Origin: Alphaproteobacteria bacterium
GTDB taxonomy: Bacteria; Pseudomonadota; Alphaproteobacteria; UBA828
Reading direction: 5' to 3'
Length of the DNA: 64,000 nt
Assembly: GCA_963422645.2 (NCBI GenBank)
Contig: CAXXVO010000005.1
Coordinates: forward strand, 96,001-160,000
Position numbers and translations under genes: made by a program. Numbering within the stretch: position 1 is the first letter of the stretch; each line of letters begins with the position of its first letter. Positions 49,235 to 59,709 of the stretch are shown here, piece by piece. Below the pieces are notes generated by a model. It was not told the DNA's origin and searched no databases. It worked only from the letters and a program-made list of their open reading frames with translations.

Positions 49235-50325
49235 TAGCGTTCACCCGTAACGCGCCGACGGATGTAGTTGTTGGCGGCGACGGCGGCCAACAACATCCCG
49301 CTGAGAAAGACGAGGTAGTAGTCGAGGTCGAAGCTCGTGTACGTCAAACCGATTTGGACCATACCGAAAATCACCGCTCCCACGGCGGCGCCGATGGCCG
49401 ATCCGTAGCCTCCGGTCAGAAGACAGCCCCCGACCACCGCCGCGATAACGGCTTCGAATTCCTTCAGCGCGCCAGCCAGGGTGTGCGTCGTACCGATCGT
49501 CAACACGGTAATGATTGCGACCAGCGCGGCCGAGCACGCGGTGCCCAAGAAGAGAGTCGTCTTCACTCTCTCTACCGGCACGCCGGAGGTTCGCGCTGCG
49601 CGAGCATCGCCTCCCGACGCGTAGATCCAGTTGCCGAATCTGGTACGCACCAGGACAAATGTGGCAACGAGCGTGAGGAGCAAGAGCCACAACACTTCAA
49701 CCGGCACGCCTTTCGCCTTGGGCAAGCCGCTCCTGAACGTGTCGATCCAGCCCTCGGATCCCATCCACAGGAAAGCCGATTCGAACGCGTCGTCGGCGAG
49801 GAACAGCCTCAGCCAGTCGCCTTCGGTGGCTTCCTTCACGCCCGTCAATATGGTGACGCCCGTGATCATCTTGAGTCCGACCAGGGTTGCGCCCTTGAGG
49901 CCGAACATGAAGGCGAGCGTGACGATGAACGAAGGCAAACCGGTCCGGAGCACGATCTGGGCGTTGATGAACCCGTAGCATGCCGCCATCGCGAACGTTA
50001 CGATGATCGCCAACCAGAGAGGAAAATCCCAAACAATCAGGCACGCCCCGAAAATCATGCCGGAGAAGCCAATCATCGAGCCAATCGAGAGATCGAATTC
50101 GCCCGCAATCATGAGAAGCGACGCAGCCACGGCCAGAATGCCGAGCTGTGCCGCCGGCACCATCCAGCTCATGATCCCGGCTATCGTGAACATCGACGCG
50201 TTGGCGGTGAAAAGGAAGAACACCACCACAACCACAAAACCTGCGACCGCGCCGAGTTCCGGTCGGCGCATGACGCGCACGAACAGCGGCGTCCGGAGGA
50301 GTCGCTCGTCGCGGCTCTCCGTCAT
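49234..50325 (-). CDS. Sugar ABC permease
   Basis: [32 protein letters not shown]. Confidence 0.92.
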   Translation of the reverse strand: MTESRDERLLRTPLFVRVMRRPELGAVAGFVVVVVFFLFTANASMFTIAGIMSWMVPAAQLGILAVAASLLMIAGEFDLSIGSMIGFSGMIFGACLIVWDFPLWLAIIVTFAMAACYGFINAQIVLRTGLPSFIVTLAFMFGLKGATLVGLKMITGVTILTGVKEATEGDWLRLFLADDAFESAFLWMGSEGWIDTFRSGLPKAKGVPVEVLWLLLLTLVATFVLVRTRFGNWIYASGGDARAARTSGVPVERVKTTLFLGTACSAALVAIITVLTIGTTHTLAGALKEFEAVIAAVVGGCLLTGGYGSAIGAAVGAVIFGMVQIGLTYTSFDLDYYLVFLSGMLLAAVAANNYIRRRVTGER

Positions 50326-51341
50326 CTATTGCTCCTCGCTCAACGAGCAGCTCACACCAAGGGTCTATGGCCGAGGACTTGTGGCCGCCGCGTCGCCGCG
50401 CGGCGACGCGATTGCCACGACGAAGCGGTCCGCACTTTCATGCAGACCGCTCGCCGCCAATCGAGGTTTATCGATATCCGTTCTTCGTCTGTTCGAGCAC
50501 CGACGCGGCGTTGGACGCGTCAATGACCAGCGGGCCGGAACCGATGTGATCCACAATGAACGTGATTCCATAGCGGGCCTTCAGATTGAGCGCGATCACC
50601 GGCAGGTATCCTTGTAGATAGGGCTGCTGGTCGATGGTGAAGGTGATCCTGCCGTCGCGGATATCTTCAAGCACCTCCTCGGAGAGGTTGAAGGTCGAGT
50701 GGAGGATCTCGTCGGCCAAACCCATCTCCTCGACCGTATCTGCGATCGTGGGCGCAGTGGTCGTGCTCATCGAGACTATGACGTCGACCTCCGGATCCGA
50801 CTCGAGAACGCCTCTTGTTCTGGCGGCGACGTCTGAGGGATTCCAGTTGGACGGCACGACGCCGGCGGGGCTGCCGAAACCCTCATCCAAACCATTGCAA
50901 ATCGCGTCGAGAAGGATGTTGCCGGGCAACAGGTTGAAGCACACGGCTTTGGTGCCGCCCAGCTCCTTGAGGCGCTTGCCGGAGATAACGCCGGCTTCGT
51001 ACAGGTCTTCTCCGACAAAGAACATGGTGCCGGTCTGCTCCTGCGTGCCCACACCAAGGTTGATCGATACAGCCGGAATCCCGGCATCCACCGCCGCCCG
51101 AATCCCCGGCCCGAGGGCGTCCACGTCGGTGACCGCCACGATCAGCCCGTCCGGTTCTTGAGCGGTGGCGGAACGAATCAGGTTGTGCATCGCCACCAAG
51201 TCGGCCCCGCCTTCGGGGGCCTGGTAGCTGAGCTCCGCCCCGATAAGAGCCGATGCATCCTCGGCTCCCTTCTTGACCGGCGCCCAGAAGCTGTCGCCCG
51301 CCGCAGCATGCGTGATCATGACGATTCTCAAGGTTCTTTCT

Positions 51342-53220
51342 GTAACTGCCCAGGTTCTTGCTGTGAAAATTCTCTGGGATTCGGCACAACGCTACCCACG
51401 CGACGCCCGTGTGCTCCTCTGTGGTCGCCGGGTTTCACAGCTCACGATGCCCCTCTTGCGGACTGCGACCGGTAAGCTACCCCGATGTGGCCCGAAGTCC
51501 GCCCGCGCGACGGGCACCGATTTTCATTCTATGGGGTGGTCCAGCACGGCGTCGACCATGATCGTTTATGAGAATGGCTCCGCTGTTGGAGAACCCGTGC
51601 CAGGTGAGCTTACGCGCACTTGACGGTGGCGATGAGCCGATCCGATGGGCTGGTCAGGGCTTCGATGATATTCCAGCCCTGCTTTCTGGCGGTGGTGATG
51701 ACGCTGCGCAGGATGGCGAAGTTCTCGGCCCCCTGCGCGGACCGGAAGCCCCCGGAGATCTTCTGGCGCAGCTTCATCATCCGAAGGTCGCGCTCGGCCT
51801 CGTTGTTCGTGAACCCGACCTCGAGGTCGATCAGGAACCGGAGCACCGCGCATTTGTGGTCGCGCAGCCTCAAGGCCAGATTGTGACCGATCCTTCGCTT
51901 CCGGCGCTTCTTCCTCTTGCCAGGCGAGAACGGTGGTTGGCTCTCGTGAAAGGCCAGCGCATCGGCGATGATCTCGTCGTATCGGCGCTCGATCAGCGCC
52001 ACAAGCCTCGCCGGAACGGCGATATCCTTGTCCAGCGCGATGCGGGCGGCGCGATTGGCTCGGCGCAGGAGCTGCTGCATCCGCCGGGCCCAAGCCTCCC
52101 CTTCGATGTCCACCAGCGCCTGCAACTCCCGCAGGTGATGGGCGTTGCACAGGCCGTGCTCCACCCCTTCCATCGCGAAGTACGGCTTCCAGTGATCGTG
52201 CACGACGATGCCGGAGACACCCGAGAGCAGGGCGCCGCGCTTGCCGCTGACCCGGTACGCCGCCAGCAGCGGCGTGCAGATCACATGAAGCCACTGCGTC
52301 TGACCGCCGATCCGCAAGCCGGTCTCGTCCATGTGTTTCACCCGCGCCGTGCCCGCCGCCAGGTCCTGTATGTGCAAGGCCGCGTCCCGCAGCCGCTCGG
52401 CCGCCCTCTCGCTCATCGTCGCCAACGTCGCAGCCGTCACCGGCGCGCCGAAGAGCTCGGCCATCACCTGCGACAGCCGATCCTCCGGCAGGAAGTGAGC
52501 GTGCTGAAGGTAGACCGCCACCCCGGCAATGCGCGGGCCGTACTGCACCGGCGCCGACACCCCGTCGGGGAACGCCGCCCGGGTCACCGTCCCGCAATGC
52601 CCGCAGCACTTGGCATGCGCCCGGTGCTCGGTCACCTCCAGGGGGCTCGGCTCGGGCAGATCGAACACCTGGCGGGCGACGGGCGTTCCCGCCCTGGCCG
52701 CGTCCGAAAGCGGCGAACCGCATCCCTTGCAGGAAGCCGGGACGTGATCCTTCACCCGATCCGGGTGATCGGCGCGGCGCAGCGTCTTGCCCTTGTGGCC
52801 GGGCTGGCCACCGGGCTTGCGGCCCGATTTGCCGCGCAGGCTTCGGGTTCGCCGCTTCGAATTCGGCTTCCTCAGCCCATCGCTCGAAGGCGGCTTGCCG
52901 CTGTTGAGGCCGAGACGGCGCTCCAACTCCTCGATGCGCTCGACGAGACGCGCGACTTGCTCTTCCAGCCGCGCGTTCTGCTGCCGAAGCCAGGCATTTT
53001 CCTCCCGAAGCCGGGCGTTCTCCTCCTCCAGGCGGGCGATCTTCTGCGCGGGCGTTTCGGGCGCTGCTCCCGTCGAAGGGCCGCGCGGCGACTCGGGATT
53101 GCTCATGTCGTTGTTGAGTCATTTCCCGAAATTCCCGTCAAGCCCTTTCCACCAACTCCGAACGAGAAACGCCTCAATCCACTGGCCCAAAATGACAAAT
53201 CAGACGACCTGGGCAGTTAC
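51342..53220 (-). mobile_element. IS66-family element (single ORF, no passenger gene)
   Basis: TIR GTAACTGCCCAGGT; duplication TTCTTTCT (51334-51341, 53221-53228). Confidence 0.95.
51610..53106 (-). CDS. tnpC: IS66 transposase
   Basis: KPPSSD, GGQPGHKG, HMDETG, CNAHHLREL, FTNNEAERDLR. Confidence 0.95.
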   Translation of the reverse strand: MSNPESPRGPSTGAAPETPAQKIARLEEENARLREENAWLRQQNARLEEQVARLVERIEELERRLGLNSGKPPSSDGLRKPNSKRRTRSLRGKSGRKPGGQPGHKGKTLRRADHPDRVKDHVPASCKGCGSPLSDAARAGTPVARQVFDLPEPSPLEVTEHRAHAKCCGHCGTVTRAAFPDGVSAPVQYGPRIAGVAVYLQHAHFLPEDRLSQVMAELFGAPVTAATLATMSERAAERLRDAALHIQDLAAGTARVKHMDETGLRIGGQTQWLHVICTPLLAAYRVSGKRGALLSGVSGIVVHDHWKPYFAMEGVEHGLCNAHHLRELQALVDIEGEAWARRMQQLLRRANRAARIALDKDIAVPARLVALIERRYDEIIADALAFHESQPPFSPGKRKKRRKRRIGHNLALRLRDHKCAVLRFLIDLEVGFTNNEAERDLRMMKLRQKISGGFRSAQGAENFAILRSVITTARKQGWNIIEALTSPSDRLIATVKCA

Positions 53221-53473
53221 TTCTTTCTTCATCAGCAAACGAAGCGGACGCAATCAGCACGCTGCCCAGAATTGTCGCCGATGCGACCGTGGCTCTAATC
53301 AAATGCTTCATTGGTTCCTCCCAGTTGACATTCGACCTCCGAACGTATGTGGCGTGAGGTCCAATTGCTCTCGCATTCAGCCATAGAGGAAAGGGGGGGG
53401 ACTCCCCACCATTTGTAAAGAGGGCTCCGGCACGCGCGAGTAGGCGTGCTTGGCACTCTGTGTGGTTTCTGCG

Positions 53474-54727
53474 TCACGCTGCATGGGCTTGTCTCGCGAA
53501 GGCGGGATTGAAGACGGTCTGGTTTTCGAGCATCGCGCAGGCGACGCCGAGCAGGCGGTCGGCGACGCCGCGAAGTGCACGAGCGTGGCCGTGGCCGCGG
53601 GCACGCAGCGCGGCGTATTTCGCCTTGCTGACGGGGTCGTGCTGTATCGCGACCCCGGCCCAGTGGTAGACGGCGTCCTGGAGCCGGTTGTGAGACGCGA
53701 GACGTCGTATGACGATGAGCGACTTGCCGGACCGCTTGGTCACGGGAGCGACGCCGGACAGGCATCGCAAGGCCTGGTAGTCTCGCCGGCGCAGAGGATC
53801 GTGTGCTTCTGCGAGCAGCGTGGCGAGGACGATCCTGCCGACGCCGGGAAGCGAGCTCAGGATTTCCACGTCACGCTGCGCATTTGTTCCCGGCTCGTCC
53901 TCCGGGGAGGCTGCCGATCGGGACAGCGTTGCGCTCAGACGGTCGAGTTCGCCATAGGCCTTGGCGAGCTGCTGCGCGATGACGGCAAGCTGCGAGAAGA
54001 CGACCTCGATATGAGCGACTGCGGCCTCGGTCGTGCCGGGTGCGACGGACACCGCCTGCTCGCGCATGATCCGGAGCGCGGTTTCGGCATCGATCCGGCG
54101 CACCCGATGGCGCTTCAGGAGCTTGGCGACGGTGGCGGCGCGGACGCGCTGCGCCTTTGCGGGCGTCGGCGCAAGGCACCAGAGCTCGCGAACCCAGGCC
54201 CTGGTGAGATCGCTTTCGACCTTGAGGAGCTGCGGATAGTAGCGCCAGAGCTGCTGGCGGGCCCGGTTCACCAGCCGGGTCCTGTCGCGGGTCAGGTCGT
54301 TGGCGATCCGCGACCACTCGCGCAGCTCGACGATCTCCGGCGCTGCCGGGTCCAGGCGCCGGAACGCATGGCCATCGGTCCGCAGGGCATCGGCGAGCAC
54401 GCGGGCGTCGCGGCGATCGTCCTTGGCGCCGGCCGGCGAGAAGCGGTCGCGGAAGCGGTCGAGCTGCTTCGGATTCACGGAGTGGACCGTGAAGCCGCGT
54501 TCCATCATGGTCTCGACGACGGGTCCGTGCGGGATCTCGATGGCGACCCCGATCGCGTGCGGGTCGACGCCCGCCCTGGCGAGGATCCAGGCCGCCATCT
54601 CTGCGAGACCGGCTCCGCCGTGACTGAAGGCCCGCTCGGCCGACACCTCGCCAGCGCTGTCGACAACGCAGACCTGGTGGGTCTCCGAGCCCCAGTCGAT
54701 CCCCGCAAAATACTCAAGCATGTGCAT
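53474..54727 (-). CDS. IS110 DEDD recombinase
   Basis: GIDWG, AIE, KDDRRDA, SLPGVG, GVAPVTKRSGK. Confidence 0.95.
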   Translation of the reverse strand: MHMLEYFAGIDWGSETHQVCVVDSAGEVSAERAFSHGGAGLAEMAAWILARAGVDPHAIGVAIEIPHGPVVETMMERGFTVHSVNPKQLDRFRDRFSPAGAKDDRRDARVLADALRTDGHAFRRLDPAAPEIVELREWSRIANDLTRDRTRLVNRARQQLWRYYPQLLKVESDLTRAWVRELWCLAPTPAKAQRVRAATVAKLLKRHRVRRIDAETALRIMREQAVSVAPGTTEAAVAHIEVVFSQLAVIAQQLAKAYGELDRLSATLSRSAASPEDEPGTNAQRDVEILSSLPGVGRIVLATLLAEAHDPLRRRDYQALRCLSGVAPVTKRSGKSLIVIRRLASHNRLQDAVYHWAGVAIQHDPVSKAKYAALRARGHGHARALRGVADRLLGVACAMLENQTVFNPAFARQAHAA

Positions 54728-54759
54728 GGCATTCCCTTCGCGCCCTTGTGCAAACGGAC

Positions 54760-54920
54760 CGCCACGATGCCTTCCCGTCCCTGTACTGGCGCTCAAGGCG
54801 CAAACTCCCCACCAGGCGTCCATCGTGGCCAGGGACCGAGGCACAGGTCCCCCCCAGGTGCTCTCGGCGCAGGGGGCGCTCGGTTGCTCTCGATCCCTTG
54901 GCCCGTCCCGTCCGCAATGG
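54760..54920 (-). ncRNA. Predicted bridge RNA target- and donor-binding loops
   Basis: Four segments match the element's own junction and its target site in the expected order; boundaries are approximate. Confidence 0.7.
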
Positions 54921-55185
54921 ACGGGACTGCCACGATGGCAGGGAGCTTCGATGAGCTGCACCTGGCCACTGGCTTCCCCTCCGCGCTACGCGCTCCGGCG
55001 AAGCCAGTGGCCAGCCAGCACTGCTGCGATGAAGGTCGAGGAAATGGCTAAGCAACGTCTGCACCCCGAAACGGCTGAAGCGTCATGAGAGGTACAGGGG
55101 GGCAAGTTCGCGAGAACAGATCACGACGAGGTGCCGTCCAGTCGGCGGTCCTCGTCTCGGGCAATTCTCCTCAGCCAAGCCGGCG

Positions 55186-56183
55186 TGTCGACGGCGGAGG
55201 AATAATGCACCACGCTGTGGGACACGACCCGGTCCGGTCGCGGCGACGCAAAATTTCGCCACCCATGGCCCCTTGTCGGTAGTGTCGAGGGGCGGGGGAT
55301 GTACGGCGTGGAGATCTATGCGGCGGTTCGTCTGGCGGTTGTCGATGAGGGTCTGAGCCATCACGAGGCGGCGCGGCGGTTCGGCATCGACCGGCGGACG
55401 GTGAAGAAGATGCTGAGCTATTCGGCGCCGCCGGGCTACCGCCGGACCAAGCCGGACGGGTTCACCGGCATCATCGATGCGATCCTTGTCGCGCGGGACG
55501 CGCGCGGAGCGCACGATGAGGCGGACAGGGATCCGGATGTGCCGCGCAAGCAGCGGCACACGGCGCATCGGATCTTCGAGCGACTGCGGGACGAGCACGG
55601 GTTCACGGGTAGCTACACGATCGTGAAGGACTATGTGCGGTCCCGCCGGCAGTCGACGCGGGAGGCCTTCGTTCCGCTGCATCACCCGCCGGGCCATGCC
55701 CAGGTCGACTTCGGCGAGGCGGTGGTGAAGTTGCGGGGGCAACGCGAGAAGGTCGCCTTCTTCTGCCTGATCCTGCCCCATTCCAATGTCTGGTTCGTGA
55801 AGGCCTATCCCCGGGAGACGAACGAGGCCTTCCTCGACGGCCATGTCAGCGCCTTCGCCTTCCTCGGCGGGGTCCCCCGATCAATCCTGTACGACAACAC
55901 GACGCTCGCGGTGGTGCGGATCCTGGGCGACGGCACCCGCCGGCGCACTCGTGCGTTCACGCATCTGCAGTCGCACTACCTGTTCCGCGACCGCTTCGGC
56001 CGGCCCGGCAAGGGCAACGATAAGGGCAAGGTCGAGGCTCTGGTGAAGATGGCGCGCCGCAAGTTCCTCGTGCCGATCCCGAAGGTGCACGACCTGGACG
56101 TTCTGAACGAGCGGCTGGCGGCACGTTGCCTGGAGCGTCTCGATGTGCTGGAGCAAGGCGAGCGGGCGGCGGCGCTGTTGGCC
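55186..56183 (+). pseudogene. istA: IS21-family left end and truncated istA
   Basis: TGTCGACG end; RKQRHTA.RIFERL, GHAQVDFG, LYDN, NDKGKVE; C-terminus and istB are missing. Confidence 0.85.
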
Positions 56184-56590
56184 GAGGCGGCCGGCATGAT
56201 CCAGGAATACGAGGCCCGGATCACGGCGCTCGAGCGGCTGGTCGGCAAACAGGCCCTGGAGATCGAGTTCCTAAGGGGGGCTCAAAGGCAAGGACGGCGG
56301 TCGGGAAGCGCGCCCATGTCCGTCATCACTGGCCCGAAGAAGGGCTCTCCATCGCCGAAGGATGCCGACTGATGGGGATAGCGCGCTCCACCTATTACAG
56401 GGAACCGGAGGGATCGGCCGACGACACCGCCCTGGTAGAGGCCATGCACGCGATCAAGGACGAGTTGGAAGCCTATGGCTGGCGGCGCATGCAGGTGGCG
56501 CTCAGGCATCGGGGCTGGATCGTGAACCACAAGAAGATCCAACGCCCGATGCGCGAGCATGCCATGCAGCCGCCGCGCCGGCGCCGATTC
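56184..56590 (+). pseudogene. IS3-family orfA end / orfB start fragment
   Basis: LERLVGKQALEIEFL; CRLMGIARSTYY...YGWRRM...VNHKKI. Confidence 0.8.
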
Positions 56591-57134
56591 TACCACGCTG
56601 CTGGTGCTTCGGCAGCGTGCCCGAGGTCGTCTCACTCAGTGGTGTGACAACGGTCACCCGTTCAAGAGTATGACCCGGGTCGCGATCGGCGTTTGACATT
56701 GATGGCAGGGGCGATCTGCCCCGGACCTCGTATAAGAGACTGACTCTTTGCCAAGCGACTCCTGCTGCCGAAGCAGTTCTGGCCGGTGAGCTCGCGTCGG
56801 GTCCGAGAAGGCTTGGCGATGGGCCCGGAGAAGGACGCAGCGCGTGCCGCCTAGAGATTTTCGCTTTGGCGGGCGGGGGCGTCTGACCTGATCGTCGATA
56901 TTGCCTTGGCCTCGCCAGCTGGCAAGTCACCCGGCGGCCTTTTGATCTTGCCGCAATGCACATGAAATAGTAACTGCCCAGGTACCCCCTCTCTCTTATG
57001 GAACAAGCCAGTTCCTTTTGCGTCAACGCCCCCACGCCGCGGGGGTGCCTACTCTCTTGAGCGCGAGAGGATGATGAACGCCGCGTCGCGAACAAGATGA
57101 GAGGACAGCGATACTCAGGATGAGCCGGAGAAGT

Positions 57135-58673
57135 TCAGGAGCGCAGTATAGGGATCAGCTGCATCGGTTCCGGGTGCGCCAGGATTTGCAGGATGTTCCA
57201 GCCTTGCTTTCGAGCGGTGACGATGACGCTGCGCATTCCGGCGAAGTTGCAGGCGCCTTGCAGGGAGCGGAAGCCGCCTGAGATCTTCTCATGCACTTTG
57301 TTCATACGGATGTCACGCTCCGCCTCGTTATTCGTGAACGGCGTGCGCAGGTCGGTGAGGAAGCGCAGGCAGCCCTCCTTATGCTTTTGAAGGCGGCGCG
57401 CGAGGTTGTGGCCGATGCGGCGTTTCTTTCGCCCTCGCTTTGCGATCTGGAGCGGCGGTTGGGCCTCATGGAAGGCGATGGCTTCTTCGAGGATACGGTC
57501 CCATGCCCTTGAGATGCGGGCCACCAGGGAGGCGGGGACTTGACGGTCTTTCTCACGGGCGAAGCGGGCGGCCCTGCGCGCGCGCTGAAGCAGGCGGTGC
57601 ATGCTCGCCGCCCATTCCTCCTTCTCGATGTCGATCAGGGCCTGGAGTTCGCGCAGGTGATGTGCGTTGCAGGCGCCGTGGCGGACGCCCTTGATGGTGA
57701 AGTAGGGGGCGAAGTCGTCGTGGACGAGGATGCCTTTCAGGTTCTTTTCGACATCGCCGCGTCCCTCGCCGATGCGCAGGACGGTGAGCAACGGGGTGCA
57801 CAGCACATGGAGCCAGCGGGTACGGGCGGCGATACGCAGGCCGGTCTCGTCGAGGTGCTTGACCGGCGCCTGCGTGCGGATCAGATCGGCGACATGGTCG
57901 AGGAAGCCCTCGAAGCGCTGCGCTGTGCGCCGGCCCATGGCGGCGATCGTGGCAGTGGAGATGGACACCGCGAAGATGTCGCTCATGAGTTCGGCCAGAC
58001 GCTTCTCGGGCACGAACTGGGCGTACAGCAGGTAACTCACCCAAGCGGTGATGCGAGGGCCGTACTGGACCGGGGCGGTGACGCCCGGCGGGAAGGCGGC
58101 TCGTGTCAGCGTGCCGCATGCGCCGCAGAGGCAGCGATGGGCGCGGTGTTCGGTGACCTCGAGAGGCTGCGGCTCGGGTACGTCGAAGACCTGCCGACAG
58201 GCGGGCGCGCCTTGCCGGTCGGCGTCCGAGAGCTCGACGCCACAGCCGGAACAGGTGGAGGGGTGGTGATCGACGACACGGTCCGGGCTGTCGCTCCGCG
58301 CGAGGGTGGTTCCCTTGTGGCCGGGCTGGCCGCCACTGGGCCCGCCGGACTTTCCGCGCTGGCTTTGGGTGCGCCTCTGGGCTCCGCTTTTCTTCTTGAG
58401 CCCGTCGCTGGCGGGGGGCTTGCTGCTTGTGGTGCTGTTGAGGGCCGCGCTGCGCTCGAGTTCGGCGATGCGCTCGCGCAGGGCCGCGTTCTCCTGCTCG
58501 AGTGCGGCATTTTCCCGGGCGAGCGCGGTGGCTGATCGCAGCAGCCCCTGCCCCCATTCCCGGACGGCAACGACGACAGTGGTTGCGAGGGATGATGGCT
58601 CGAGAAGCTCCTTCAGGCAGCAGAAGGCCTCGTTACGGGCGGCGAGGTCTTCGTGCCAGTGCGACACCGTCAC
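57135..58673 (-). CDS. tnpC: IS66 transposase
   Basis: As copy 1 but one codon shorter (RARRAA versus RAQRRAA). Confidence 0.93.
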   Translation of the reverse strand: MTVSHWHEDLAARNEAFCCLKELLEPSSLATTVVVAVREWGQGLLRSATALARENAALEQENAALRERIAELERSAALNSTTSSKPPASDGLKKKSGAQRRTQSQRGKSGGPSGGQPGHKGTTLARSDSPDRVVDHHPSTCSGCGVELSDADRQGAPACRQVFDVPEPQPLEVTEHRAHRCLCGACGTLTRAAFPPGVTAPVQYGPRITAWVSYLLYAQFVPEKRLAELMSDIFAVSISTATIAAMGRRTAQRFEGFLDHVADLIRTQAPVKHLDETGLRIAARTRWLHVLCTPLLTVLRIGEGRGDVEKNLKGILVHDDFAPYFTIKGVRHGACNAHHLRELQALIDIEKEEWAASMHRLLQRARRAARFAREKDRQVPASLVARISRAWDRILEEAIAFHEAQPPLQIAKRGRKKRRIGHNLARRLQKHKEGCLRFLTDLRTPFTNNEAERDIRMNKVHEKISGGFRSLQGACNFAGMRSVIVTARKQGWNILQILAHPEPMQLIPILRS

Positions 58674-59335
58674 GTGTCTTCGGCCTCGACGGCCATCATG
58701 GCGGCGAGCACGGCGAGGCGTTCGCCCGGCGGCAAGGCCTGGTAGCGCCGGCCCCAGTTGGCTGCCTTGCGCTTGATGCGCTGGCGGTCGGTGAAGTTCC
58801 GGCCTGCGTGGCTGGCCCAATGCATCCGGTCGGGGGCGTAGTTGAACCAGACGACCTCGGTTCGCACCAGACCCTGGGTCGTGACCTGCAGCGCCAGCCG
58901 GCGCCATCCCGCCAGCACCTCGTCATAGAGCGCCGACGGATGGCCCGAGATCATGACCTGGCAGGGCAGAGCCTTGAGCAGCGCGAGAAGCGCGACGTGG
59001 CCGGCCTCCTCGTACTCGAAGCGGTAGCGCTGCGCCGAGCGGCGGGTCGCGTGCAGATAGGGCGGATCGCTGTAAACCAGCTCCGGGCCCAGGAACGGGA
59101 ACGAGGCCAGGAAGTCATGGGCACAGCCGTGAACCAGATCGACCGGGTAGTCGCAGACGAAGGCCTCGAGCGCCTGCGCATCGCGGTCGATGCCGATCGA
59201 ACGCACGGCCGGCGGCTTGCGCTTCGTCAGCGCCCCGCCCCCAAGGTGGCTTTCGATGTAGACGGAGTGCGGCGGCATCAGCGCAATCAGCGCTTGGCAC
59301 AGACCTGCTGTCGCCTTCGAGCCGAAATACCCCAT
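58670..59335 (-). CDS. Short D12/Dam-like N6-adenine DNA methyltransferase
   Basis: As copy 1 with one M-to-T change; DPPY intact. Confidence 0.85.
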   Translation of the reverse strand: MGYFGSKATAGLCQALIALMPPHSVYIESHLGGGALTKRKPPAVRSIGIDRDAQALEAFVCDYPVDLVHGCAHDFLASFPFLGPELVYSDPPYLHATRRSAQRYRFEYEEAGHVALLALLKALPCQVMISGHPSALYDEVLAGWRRLALQVTTQGLVRTEVVWFNYAPDRMHWASHAGRNFTDRQRIKRKAANWGRRYQALPPGERLAVLAAMMAVEAEDT

Positions 59336-59709
59336 GGACCGCTCCCGTCACGCGAGAGAGCAGTCCATAGTCCCGCAACTCTATGAGGTCAAGAACCAAT
59401 CGCGGTGGCAGAACCAGACCGCGGCCGCCGCCATAATCACCGTCCTCAACTCAGGATTGGGGTACCTGGGTAGTTACATGAAATAAGCATTTTGCATCCT
59501 GTCGGCGAACGCACCGGCTTGTTTCATAAGAGCGATTGATCCCATGTCACAATGAGGGATCACAAGTGCACGCCGAACAACAGGCGGCCGAGGTGGCCGT
59601 ACAGGGCGAGGGGAAATCAAGAAAGCCCCTCATCCCGAGTAGGCCTGCACGACCTATTCGAGGAACAGCGCGACGGGAAAACTCTTCGCCGGCGGGGACG
59701 GGATGCGCG

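Larger units (their letters stand above)
50468..53311 (-). pseudogene. Sugar ABC substrate-binding protein split by IS66
   Basis: Signal peptide MKHLIRATVA...ASFADEER (53221-53311) rejoins TLRIVMITH...DSFW...IDQQPYLQGY in frame after IS removal. Confidence 0.9.
53399..55099 (-). mobile_element. IS110-family element 2, complete copy
   Basis: On the minus strand it runs CC|CTGTACC...TGGTGGGGAGT|CC and sits in a C/G run. The downstream end is confirmed by the second copy at 61727. Confidence 0.85.
56970..59477 (-). mobile_element. IS66-family element carrying a DNA methyltransferase, copy 2
   Basis: Inverted near-identical copy of 35584-38094; own duplication ATGAAATA (56962-56969, 59478-59485). 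Confidence 0.95.

Noticed and set aside
35584-59477. Composite transposon or inversion bounded by the two inverted IS66-MTase copies
   Set aside because: Each copy has its own matching 8-bp TSD, so they are independent insertions with no exchange of flanks.
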